64,000 nucleotides of DNA, from assembly GCF_964204645.1 (NCBI RefSeq), contig NC_134028.1:12447263-12511262 (forward strand), read 5' to 3'. Both the position numbers and the translations under genes were made by a program. The notes below the pieces were generated by a model that searched no databases, was not told the origin of the DNA, and worked only from the letters and a program-made list of their open reading frames with translations. Shown here piece after piece: positions 1 to 10,068 of this stretch. Position 1 is the first letter of the stretch, and every line of letters begins with the position of its first letter. The DNA is from Tubulanus polymorphus. Lineage: Eukaryota; Animalia; Nemertea.

Positions 1-198
1 TACTTTTATATCGGCTGATAAATAAATACTATTTGGAACATAAAAAGTATTTTGTGTTAATCGAGGATTTCTAACATATAAAGTTTCATCGGGATTAATA
101 TTAGAAGGGTTATGAGTAATTATATGATGTGATCTTTCTGCTTAAATAGCATTAGATATTCTATGATTCTTAGAAGGATTGATATAACTCCCACTCAT
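1..198 (-). pseudogene. Major capsid protein (double jelly-roll) N-terminus, with premature stop; runs off the window
   Basis: Manual translation from ATG at 198: MSGSYINPSKNHRISNAI*AERSHHIITHNPSNINPDETLYVRNPRLTQNTFYVPNSIYLSADIKV. Resembles the NPSxxxPxxxLxVxxPxL...VPxS N-terminus of Polinton MCPs. Preceded by TAAATG. Confidence 0.65.
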
Positions 199-238
199 TT
201 ATTTAACAAAAAAATTAATTATTTATTTTTGATCATGT

Positions 239-1667
239 TTACTTGATATTTTTTGATATCATATTTACTAACCCAAAAATAATTGCACTTACAACTGTAA
301 TTAAAAATAAAATAATATGTTCAGCAGCAAAGTTAATAATGTTTCCTAGAGATTTTAATATAAAACCAACAATTGATGCAATAACTCCTGGCAATGCTGT
401 AGCAGATTTCTTTGATAGTTCCAATAAATATTTTGCTAATTTCTTTAAACCATCCTTAACTTTATCTTGTATAGAATCTTTGTCATTCGGGGGTTTATCC
501 GGTTTATCGGGAGTAGGAGTAGATTTTAAAGCATTTGATATTGCTAAACCTATTGTTGTAAATACCATAGTTACAGCTGTTAGAATTGAAAGAATTGTTA
601 TTCCTTCTAATTTAAAGTATAATCGTATTCTATCTTTCAACGATATCTTAGAATCTGGTTTTATCAACAAATCTTTAAAAACATCTTTTAATCTTTTAAA
701 ACTATTACCATATTCTTTTAATAATATATCTCTTTCACCTTTCAGTACTTCTAAATTATCTTTTAAATTATCAATTTCTTTTTCTAAACGTAATTCTTTT
801 TGCCTATATTCCATTTCACCAATTACTTGATGGTCTAAATCATACTTTAGTTGTTCTATCTCTTTATTTTTATTTTTATCAGTTAATTCTTTAAGTACTA
901 ATTTTAGTATCTCTTATACTTTTATTATGTGCAATTTTATCAGCTTCATTTCTTATACTAATAATTTTTCTAATTGCTTCATCAGAAAATATATTTAAAT
1001 CTTCTAATTCTTGATCTGTTGCATCAAGTAATCCATTTGGTAAAAGTTTTTCAGTTTGAACTCTTCTTGATTTAATTTTACTAGTTTTGGAATTATCAGC
1101 TTCTTTAGGAATTTAATTATCTTAAAAAATTTAGCATTGCTTTGTTTAAATTCTCTTCTATTATCAATTATCTCTTTTTCTGTAACATCAGTTATAACAT
1201 CCTTAATGATTTTCTTAATTCTATCTGGTTTTAATAAATTAAAAGTTGATTGTGTTATTATTTTATCGTTACTTTTAAGATTTGAAATCCTAAAATAATA
1301 GTTGCCTTTCAATTTCCAATAATAATCGCCATTTAAATATTTCAAATCTTCTACTAAATAATCCATACCTTTATTTGTTATATTGAAACCAGATCTTTTT
1401 AACATTGGTTTAAAATCGCTAGCAATTTCATTATATTTTAATTTTTTTTTCTAATTCTGGTACTTCATTTTGAATATCTATCCTCGATTTAGCTCCTCTA
1501 ATATATTCATCTGTTGATGGGGTTTTTGAACCAGGAACAACTTCTGGTAAATTAGTATTATATTCTGGCTCATTATCATCATTAAAACTTGCTTCATCAA
1601 AATCATGTTGTTGTTCATCACTTATACCAGGTTCATATAAAGGATCTACTCCACCTTCTACATCCAT
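239..1667 (-). pseudogene. Polinton coiled-coil protein with C-terminal hydrophobic helices (putative membrane/virion protein), broken into 3 ORFs
   Basis: ORFs 1431-1667, 1004-1405 and 239-814 are collinear; only the first has a TAAATG start. Acidic N-terminus, coiled coil, then hydrophobic GITILSILTAVTMVFTTIGLAI and LPGVIASIVGFIL...HIILFLITVVSAIIFGL. Confidence 0.65.
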
Positions 1668-1683
1668 TTATATAATAAAAAAA

Positions 1684-3035
1684 TCAAAATTTAAAATATA
1701 ATATTCCTCCGATTACAATTCCTATACAAGTTATAGCTAATTTAGTATTTTCATGGGATTTATTATCATCATTTAGTTTAATCATATCATGTTGAATATT
1801 ATCAGTTCCAATATCACCGTGTGGGTGCCGTACGGCACCATTTTCTGATGTATTGTAATCTTTTATTTTAGAATCATTATTTAATTTAATATTATTAGTT
1901 TTAGTTTCTGTTGATTGAATGTGTTTTTTATTTTTTTCACCTTCCATTAATTTTGGAGCAGTTATAATCTTTTTATTTATATCATTCAATCCAAATGAAT
2001 TATTTATTGTTGCAGTTTTAATTAGATTATTATAACCAATTATGTTTCCCATCTTTAATACTAAATCATTAGAAATAATTAATAGATTAGGGCCTATACA
2101 ATAATTTAATCTAATATGTGATTTATCTAAATAATTTTGATATCTACAATGTTTTCTGGAATCGATCTATTTTTATCATTATGAATTGAATCTTCAAATA
2201 ATACTTTGAATTGTTTCTGCGCATCGAATGAAGTGTTATCATTTCCAATTATTGGGGATCTTGTTTCAACTTGCGCACCTAAAATACATATCAAATAAGT
2301 TCTAATAGATTGATTTATTCTTTGTATTCCAGCTTTAGTAAAACCTTCACTATTTTCTAAAATGAAATTAACCCAACCATTATTGTTTTGTTGTTGTATA
2401 TTATTATAATATTTTGGTAATTCATTCCAATTTAGTGTTCTTATATCTGAATTTGTCATTATTTTTCCAAATTCTTTAGTATATAATATTCCTAATCCAC
2501 CCATTGTTCCATTTTTTGCTCTAAAATCTTTATTTGAATTAATATTAAATTCATTACATATTTTATAAAACTTAGAAAAATTAATATTATTATTCAATTC
2601 TTTAAAATATTTTGAACCTGGTAAAGGACATTCTAATTCATCTAATATTAATTTTATTTGAAAATAAGTATGAAATCTAAAAAGTGATAACATCAATGGT
2701 AAACTTGGTTTGTTTAAATGATCATTCCAACTAATTCCACATCCTGTTGTTGCGCAATAAACAGCAAAATTTAATTGGTTCTGCCAATACTTCATATTAG
2801 ATTTTAATAACCATTGTTTTGCCTCATTTAAATGTTTGAAATTAATTGTATACACATGAAATATATTTTCCATCTTTACATGAAAATTATTACTTTCAGT
2901 AACATAAATATATAAATCAATTAATGAATTTAAAACTTCATTTCTATATGTAATATCTTTATTAAAATCTATTGCTGGAATATTATATTTAATTGATTTA
3001 TTATATTGGAAAGCTTTTGGAAAACTATCTGCCAT
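1684..3035 (-). pseudogene. Uncharacterised Polinton protein with C-terminal TM anchor, frameshifted near 2100-2130
   Basis: ORFs 2127-3035 (WQNQLNFAVYCATTGCGISW..HL, FRFHTYFQI motifs) and 1684-2052 (ends LAITCIGIVIGGILYFKF). TAAATG start at 3035. Confidence 0.6.
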
Positions 3036-3051
3036 TTATATAATTAAAAAA

Positions 3052-3486
3052 TTAATAATTTATTAATTCTTTTAATAATTTATCTTGTTCTTCAACTGTT
3101 ATATGACCATTTAAACTTATTATATAATCTAGTATGTTCTTTAATTTATTAATTTCTTTTATATTAGTTTTAATTTTTTCTTTATTACTTTTTATATTCA
3201 ATTTTGAACTTATGCCAGTTAAAACACTTGAACTTAATCCTAATACACCAATTGATATAGCTAAAGGTGTTAATGGACTGAATATTGCTAAAAATGTTAT
3301 TACAGAACTAATTGTAACCGAACCACTTATAATCAAATAATATATAATTTTAGATTTTAAATATTTTTTCTTTTTAACTTTTAAGTCACTTTCAAATTCT
3401 AATATTTGTTTTTCTAAATATATTTTTAATTTAGTTTTATTTATATCATGAGGAATAATATCAATATTATCAACTTTATCACCCAT
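3052..3486 (-). CDS. Polinton small protein with two TM helices flanked by coiled coils
   Basis: Intact 144-aa ORF, hydrophobic hairpin IIYYLIISGSVTISSVITFLAIF / LAISIGVLGLSSSVLTGI, TAAATG start. Confidence 0.65.
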   Translation of the reverse strand: MGDKVDNIDIIPHDINKTKLKIYLEKQILEFESDLKVKKKKYLKSKIIYYLIISGSVTISSVITFLAIFSPLTPLAISIGVLGLSSSVLTGISSKLNIKSNKEKIKTNIKEINKLKNILDYIISLNGHITVEEQDKLLKELINY

Positions 3487-3506
3487 TTATTTAGCAAAAA
3501 AAATTA

Positions 3507-3929
3507 CTAATTAGTAAACTCATAAGCAACAAATATAACAATAACAGTTCCGCCTAAAATCCAAATTATTTCATATTTCTTCTGTTCATTACTTGGGGTA
3601 TAATAATCTGATAATTTAGGTTTGTATAGATGTTATTTTTCTTTATTTGTTACCGCGTTATATAAACTCATTGCATCATCGACTGATTGAAAATCTCTAT
3701 GTGAAATCTTCTGATCATATAATTCCTTGTTAATATAATCCATATAGTTTTGCCTCTTTTCTCTATATTCTTCTGCTGCTTTATTGTATTTCTCTAATGC
3801 TAAGTTATGTCTTTTTTGTTCTGATAATGAACCATTTTTATCAATATGCTTAAATAAATAACCACCACCAGTAAATGCTAAAGCGTTAACAATTGCCGAT
3901 CCTATAATAGTTATAACTGCAGAAGCCAT
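3507..3929 (-). pseudogene. Polinton membrane protein (N- and C-terminal hydrophobic segments), one in-frame stop at 3633
   Basis: MASAVITIIGSAIVNALAFTGGGYLF...KRHNLALE; the frame continues after the stop as HLYKPKLSDYYTPSNEQKKYEIIWILGGTVIVIFVAY to TAG at 3507. Confidence 0.65.
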
Positions 3930-3953
3930 TTATTTAGTAAAATAATTATGCAT

Positions 3954-4174
3954 TTATATGGGAGGAGTATATTTTTGTTTTTCTAAATAATCAATAGTTA
4001 AATTAGATAAAGTAACTGCTAATGTTAATTTTAAAATATCATTTATATCAAATCTATCAACATTAACACTTCCCATTTTAAATACTTTTTTAATACCATT
4101 GAATAATCAACAGTTCCAACTGATAGTAATGCTCCACTATATAATCCAGTTATTATCCACTTATTATCACTCAT
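3954..4174 (-). pseudogene. Small hydrophobic Polinton protein, frameshifted
   Basis: TAAATG start at 4174 (MSDNKWIITGLYSGALLSVGT...), ending ...ILKLTLAVTLSNLTIDYLEKQKYTPPI*. Not in the ORF track. Confidence 0.5.
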
Positions 4175-4516
4175 TTATTTATCAAAAAAATTACTATCTT
4201 CCAAATATTTAGTTAATTTATTTATGATTAATTCAACATTTATTTCATTACTACTTTTATGATTATCATATATTTTGGTTAATATGTTTTTAATATCATC
4301 AATAATTCCATCTTCATTTAATTCATAATATTCTAAAGGTGATTTAATTAAATCAATTACTTTTTCTATATTATAATTTTCTTTATTAATCATTGATGCA
4401 TTGTTAAATGATTTACTTTTTATATCAGTAATTACATCATTTAGTTTAATTCTCATTTCTTTACCATGTTTAAAATCAAACCCAAAACATATACTCGGTC
4501 CAACAGTTATATTCAT
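4175..4516 (-). CDS. Polinton hypothetical protein
   Basis: 113-aa ORF with TAAATG start and the shared upstream T-run motif. Confidence 0.55.
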   Translation of the reverse strand: MNITVGPSICFGFDFKHGKEMRIKLNDVITDIKSKSFNNASMINKENYNIEKVIDLIKSPLEYYELNEDGIIDDIKNILTKIYDNHKSSNEINVELIINKLTKYLEDSNFFDK

Positions 4517-4533
4517 TTATATAGTGAAAAAAA

Positions 4534-4800
4534 TTACTCTCTACATCTTATAACTAATTCATAAATTACAGGGAAATTATTTAAATCAATTAAGTATCCA
4601 TTGTGATTTCTAATTTCTAATCTAAAATTATTAAAACGAGGAATGCATGGTTTGAAATCACATTCTGTTAAATTATAATTTATTTGCGTTCCAAATTCTT
4701 TAACATTCTTCAATGGTAAAATGTTTAATAAACCAGAATTACAAGTTATATCTTTAGTTGCTTCGAATGTTTTTGTAGGATCGATTAAATTGCAATAAAT
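4534..4800 (-). pseudogene. Minor capsid (penton-like) protein, C-terminal fragment lacking a start
   Basis: Open frame IYCNLIDPTKTF...LLNILPL...FGTQINY...FNNFRLEIRNHNGYLIDLNNFPVIYELVI matches the typical penton C-terminal pattern. Stop immediately upstream, no ATG. Confidence 0.55.
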
Positions 4801-4809
4801 TTACATATT

Positions 4810-5163
4810 TTATTCGAAATCTATTTCATGGTGCCCTTTTTCATTCTTACCTTTGTATACGAAATAGAAATCACCAGAACATAATTCTACTAAGTCTTCA
4901 CTTGATAATCTATGAAATCTATCTGGTAAATATGTTCTGAATTTATATGTATTTCCTTTTAATCCTTCATATTCTAAGTGTATAACTAATTTATCTCCAT
5001 ATTTGTTAGTAACTGTATCAATATTTGTAATTAGATATTTCTTATGGATTATTAATTCTTTTAACTTCTTAAATTTATAATCTACTGATTTGACATTTGA
5101 AGTATCTTTTATTCTATCTAGAAATAATTTGTTGTTCTCACTGTGCGCTTGTTTACTCTCCAT
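4810..5163 (-). CDS. Polinton small protein next to pPolB, possible OB-fold ssDNA-binding protein
   Basis: Intact 117 aa with KLKEL..KKYLI...VTNKYG.KLVIHL...TYLPDRF beta-rich pattern. The function is inference. Confidence 0.5.
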   Translation of the reverse strand: MESKQAHSENNKLFLDRIKDTSNVKSVDYKFKKLKELIIHKKYLITNIDTVTNKYGDKLVIHLEYEGLKGNTYKFRTYLPDRFHRLSSEDLVELCSGDFYFVYKGKNEKGHHEIDFE

Positions 5164-5192
5164 TTTAATAACATATTTTTATTAAAATTTGA

Positions 5193-8100
5193 TTAACACG
5201 TTAGAATTCTTTTCATTATCTCGTTCTCTTTTGTTTCTTCTCTTTTAAATTTTAAGTATTCATCTAAATTACAACCATAAGCAACTGTATGAATTCCATC
5301 ATCCAGAATATATCTTTTATCATCAAATGGGTTAAGACTTATCTTTTCAATTTCTTCAATAAACATTTCGTGATCTTCAGATCTTAAACATCTCATCTTA
5401 TGTTTTCTAACTTCTTCATTGAATATACAATTGATGTAATCTTTGAAATGAATATTCTTTTCTACTACACTTTTGGTTATTCCTTTTAACTTTTTAGCTT
5501 CATGTTCTTTAGTTTTATATGAATACATTTTAGATCTAATACCAATGAATTCAATCATTTCTTCACCACCTAATTCATCCTTAAACTTCCCTGGAACTTT
5601 TTTATTATCATTGCTAAACAATTCATGATCTTTAGGATAATTACTGAAATCAAAATGATGTTTTAATGTTTTTAAATCATCAGTTATGTTATCAGTTTTT
5701 ATCTTTAATATGTAAGAATCTGTATCAAAGTATAGAATTTCTATATGTTTTTCTCCAAAAAGTGGTTGTAATACATTATAATAGAATTCATACATTAGTA
5801 ATTTTGATAATTCTAAAACTGAAGCGCCAACATAGATTGGTTTATTAAATTTCATTGATGTTCTTCTCATTTTAACTGCGGCTAAATTTTCATCAAATAT
5901 TCTGTTACCAATGAACTTAGGATATGATTGTAAATGCCTTATCCTTTTACCATTACTAACTAACTCAATATCATTTCTATTTCTAATATTTTCACAAGTC
6001 TTACCATAGAATGCATTATTCATTAACTTGAAGAAATCTTTCTCGAAATCAGTTTTAGCTTTAGTTCTCTGTTTGGTGTTAAAATCTATATATTTTTCTA
6101 ACCACTTAGATTGACTGAATGAAATATATCTATGTACTTTTTTAGAATCATTCCTTGTTTTAGATAAAACTTTAACATTCTATAATGTACTACATAATTA
6201 TATTTATCTTTTTATTAACTTATATCCAGGGTTATCATTTACATTGAAATATCTATCACCTGATACACCTGAAACTCCTCCTCTTATAGATTTTTCAAAT
6301 AATAGTAATTGATCTATATTTGTTAACAAATCCATTTTTATATCTGTAAATTTTAATCCACAATCCCATGTTAAACCTGGTGATGAATAACAATGACATG
6401 GATCAATATTGAAATATTTTAGGTTTACATCTCTAAACCTTTCGAATATATCGGTTAATAATAATACATCTGATTTTAAATATAAATCTACTAATTGCCC
6501 ATGTTTTTCTATTTTGAAATGATTCCAAATATTCAATGCCCTATTATAGACTGAATCTTTAACATATTCATTTTTTAATTCATCATAAAATTGTTCTTTT
6601 AATAATTCAGTTATGTTAAAATCATTATGATTTTTATAGAAAGAATATGGAATTGCTCTTTTATATCTCATTAATTTAAAATCATCATTATTTGGGTAAT
6701 ATTCTTTTAATATCTTTAATTCATCATCAACTAATGATTTTGATAAGTTATCTAATGAACTATTTAAAAATCTATATGAATCTATAAATCTTAGGCAACC
6801 ACATTGGAATGATATATAATTCTCAGATGTTTTAGCTAACATTCTAAATTTATAAGTTGGTATTTTATCCTTTGATCTATTTGAATTTAATCTTTCTATT
6901 TCATTATTGATTTCTTCTATTTTATGGCATAACTGTTTGATGAATAAATGTGCATCATATCCTGATAGATTATGAAATATAACTGGAACAAAATTGATTT
7001 TCTTAGCTTGTAAGTTACAATTCTCATGCGCGGTGCCTCTAAACTTCCCGTTCAAATGATCATGGTCTCTTACTTTTTTATCTTTATAATTAAATATCTT
7101 TTCACAATAATAACATTTATCTGCAAACGCAAATTCTTCTTTATCTTCTTCTGTCATTATAATTTCTATATTTGTATTCAATAATTTACTAAATCTTATT
7201 TCATATTCAATTAATAAGTCACAAAAATGATTGATAACATTTTCATTTCTATAATCATAATATTCATTTTCAATTAGTTCTGGATAATCAGATTTAATAT
7301 ATAACCCGAAAGCTGCAGCTGATTGATGAATCTTTTTAATAGTATTTGTTTTTGGTGGTTCTTCAGAATAATCATTTTCATTAGAATTTAATTTCTTTCT
7401 CTTATAATATATTTCTTTTCTATCTTGATCGGTTAATTCTTTATTTAATGATTCAAAATTTCCATATATAACAAATGGAACTTTATTTTTGTAATCATAT
7501 TTTTTGAATTCTAATATTTTATCTTTTTCATTTGGTAAAACTAATTTACAATAATCATGATTTTCACATAATTGTTTATGATTTAATAATGTACTTTCAT
7601 TACTGAATCTATGTAAACATTTTCTACATAGATATATTTTATTATGGTGATCACTTTCTGTTCTAAAGAATAAATCTATTTGTTTAATCCACATATAATG
7701 ATTCTCATAATATAGTATATCTATAACATCATTTGAATCATAATCTTTTGATAGATATAAAGGTTATAATGTATAATGTTTAATATTGTTACCTTTTGTA
7801 TTTGGTAATTTGATTAAATCAAATACATTTATTCTTAAATTATTATCCCTTTCTATTTTTGGGATGTTTTTAATTATAACAGGATACTTATCTATCTTAT
7901 AATTATTTTCAAATGGTTTATAATGAGTTAATCTACAAATATTATAAGTTGCAGGATGTAAACAACGTATTATAGCCCATAGAAAACATTTATCATCAAA
8001 ATTTTGTACATTTATTACAGCATTAGTTTTAAATGGTAGTTTGATATAACTCGATGCTTCAATATCTGGTTCTTTATAATATGATACATTATTTTCATCA

Positions 8101-8906
8101 ATTGGTTTCGATTTTGTTAACTTATTATATTTTGTGTTATAAACATGTAAAGTCATAAATATTATTTCATCAAATATTAAACCAGACCCTTCAAAATATT
8201 TCTCTTCTATTTTAGTTTTTACTTCATTATAACATTTATCTAATTTATCATCTATATGTTGTTTAGATATAATATGTTGTGAATGAGAATTTATATTATA
8301 TATTGGTTTATCTTCAGATTTTATGAATTTAACTTTAGAAGATATACTTATTTTAGGGTATTCAACATCAGTTATTATTTTTATTATTTCTTTCATATTT
8401 TCTAAATGTTTTTTATTTTCTTCTAATGTTTTTCCTTTATGAAATTTAAACTCGATAGCTGCTGGACCAATATCACTTTAAAATGCTTCGGTTATCTCTA
8501 TATCTTTTTTATTATCTAATGAATTAATATATTTTCTTACATCTTCCATGTATGGTCTTTTATTGTTTAATTTACTTTTTATGTTTTTAATTGTCTTCTG
8601 TTTCTTATCATTATCTTTATCAAAATAATCTTCACCTAAAATATCATTATTCTTATTTCTAATATGACTTTTAGATTTTAAATGTTCATTATAATATCTT
8701 TTATCACTGAATGATTGATTACATGTATCACATTTGTATGTTTCTTTTTCATTCTTTAATTCATCTAATTTAGTTTCTAATATATCATCTTTATATTCTA
8801 GTTTCAATTTATTCTCTAAATGTGTTTTAGTTTTATTGTGTCTTGCTTTTTGGGATTTATCTATATTGATATTACATGTTGGACAGTAGTACTTATTTGC
8901 TTCCAT
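5193..8906 (-). pseudogene. pPolB: Protein-primed family B DNA polymerase with N-terminal zinc fingers and inserted endonuclease VII-like domain; frameshifted, motif A deleted
   Basis: Four collinear ORFs. Motifs: DDKCFLWAI, YGNFES (ExoI), RDHDHLNGKFRGTAHENCN (Endo VII-like), FHNLSGYDAH (ExoII), FIDSYRF, YLKSDVLLL (ExoIII), SIRGG, KLMNNAFYGK (motif B), YFDTDS (motif C), KLKGI, DDKR. Confidence 0.95.
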
Positions 8907-8952
8907 TTTAATATCAATTTTTTTTTTAAATTGATTTTAGAAGTTCAATGAT

Positions 8953-9326
8953 TTATATCATGTATTATTTCAACCACACTTTACTAACACTTTTAATGTT
9001 AAAAAATCTAACTCATACAAATATGAATATTGAAATAATGTTATTAATATATCTATATATCTATTCTATAAGAGCTTACACTTTTATATTGAATAATCTG
9101 TCAATTTAAATGTTATTCATTTACATGAATATTCTAAGAGTAATAGGGATAATAGGCTTTCAGGTTAAAGGTTGAAGGGGCGACTGAGTAAAAAATGAAA
9201 ATAACAATAATTTACAGTTGAATTAGGAGTGTGCGCGACTAATTCAACTGTAAATTATTGTTATTTTCATTTTTTACGAGCTCGACCGTTCGACCTTTGA
9301 TCTGAAAGCCTATTATCCCTATTACT
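8953..9326. repeat. Polinton TIR (copy A) ending in a 188-bp fold-back hairpin (9139-9326)
   Basis: Reverse complement of 9678-10068. Internal palindrome AGTAATAGGGATAATAGGCTTTCAG...CTGAAAGCCTATTATCCCTATTACT. Confidence 0.9.
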
Positions 9327-9677
9327 CCCGTCTCGACCCTTCAAAACTGTCTCTAGTCTCTACACAGTCCCGTGGACGCTATGTTCCCGTCTCGACCCCT
9401 CACATCTGTCTCTACTCTCCACACAGTCCCGTGGACACTATGTTCCCGTCTCGACCCTTCACATCTGTCTCTACTCTCTACACAGTCCTGTGGACACCAT
9501 GTTCCCGTCTCGACCCTTCAAACCTGTCTCTACTCTCTAGACAGTCCCGTGGACGCCATGTTCCCGTCTCGACCCTTCAAACCTGTCTCTACTCTCTAGA
9601 CAGTCCCGTGGACACCATGTTCCCGTCTCGACCCTTCACACCTGTCTCTACTATCTCTACACAGTCCTGTGGACACC
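9327..9677 (+). repeat. 59-bp GC-rich minisatellite, 6 units, between the two TIRs
   Basis: Units start at 9327, 9386, 9445, 9504, 9563 and 9622. Consensus ~CCCGTCTCGACCCTTCAMAHCTGTCTCTACTCTCTASACAGTCCCGTGGACRCYATGTT. Confidence 0.97.
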
Positions 9678-10068
9678 AGTAATAGGGGTAATAGGCTTTC
9701 AGATCAAAGGTCGAAGGGTCGAGCTCGTAAAAAATGAAAATAACAATAATTTCCAGTTGAATTAGTCGCGCACACTCCTAATTCAACTGGAAATTATTGT
9801 TATTTTCATTTTTTACTCACTCGCCCCTTCAACCATTAACCTGAAAGCCTATTACCCCTATTACTCTTAAGATATTCACATATACATGAATAAAATATAA
9901 ATGAATAACATTTAAATTGACAGATTATTCAATATAAAAGTGTAAGCTCTTATAGAATAGATATATAGATATATTTACAACATTATTTCAATATTCATAT
10001 TTGTATGAGTTAGATTTTTTAACATTAAAAGTGTTAGTAAAGTGTGATTGAAATAATACATGATATAA
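9678..10068. repeat. Polinton TIR (copy B) beginning with a 188-bp fold-back hairpin (9678-9865)
   Basis: Starts AGTAAT; inverted match to 8953-9326 with a small indel near 9875-9900. Confidence 0.9.

Larger units (their letters stand above)
1..9326 (-). mobile_element. Polinton/Maverick (adintovirus-like) element, pPolB-side half (copy A); continues beyond the left window edge
   Basis: Dense, intronless, very AT-rich minus-strand gene block with protein-primed PolB, MCP N-terminus and penton-like fragment. Ends in a TIR terminating ...ATTACT at 9326 (Polinton termini are AG...CT). Confidence 0.9.

Noticed and set aside
243-830. Plus-strand ORFs 243-830, 3134-3340 and 15760-16182
   Set aside because: Antisense shadows of real minus-strand Polinton genes.
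9327-9677. CRISPR-like appearance of the 59-bp array (and of 27915-29100, 19963-20436)
   Set aside because: Units are contiguous near-identical repeats with no unique spacers, there are no cas genes, and the context is eukaryotic.
9372-9682. ORFs 9372-9599, 9431-9682, 16995-17291, 17218-17496 and the N-terminal part of 16679-17449
   Set aside because: Translations of the stop-poor 59-bp minisatellite.
9321-9683. 6-bp TSD around the central junction
   Set aside because: The flanks CCCGTC and GACACC differ. They are ends facing a spacer, so no TSD can be evaluated within this window.
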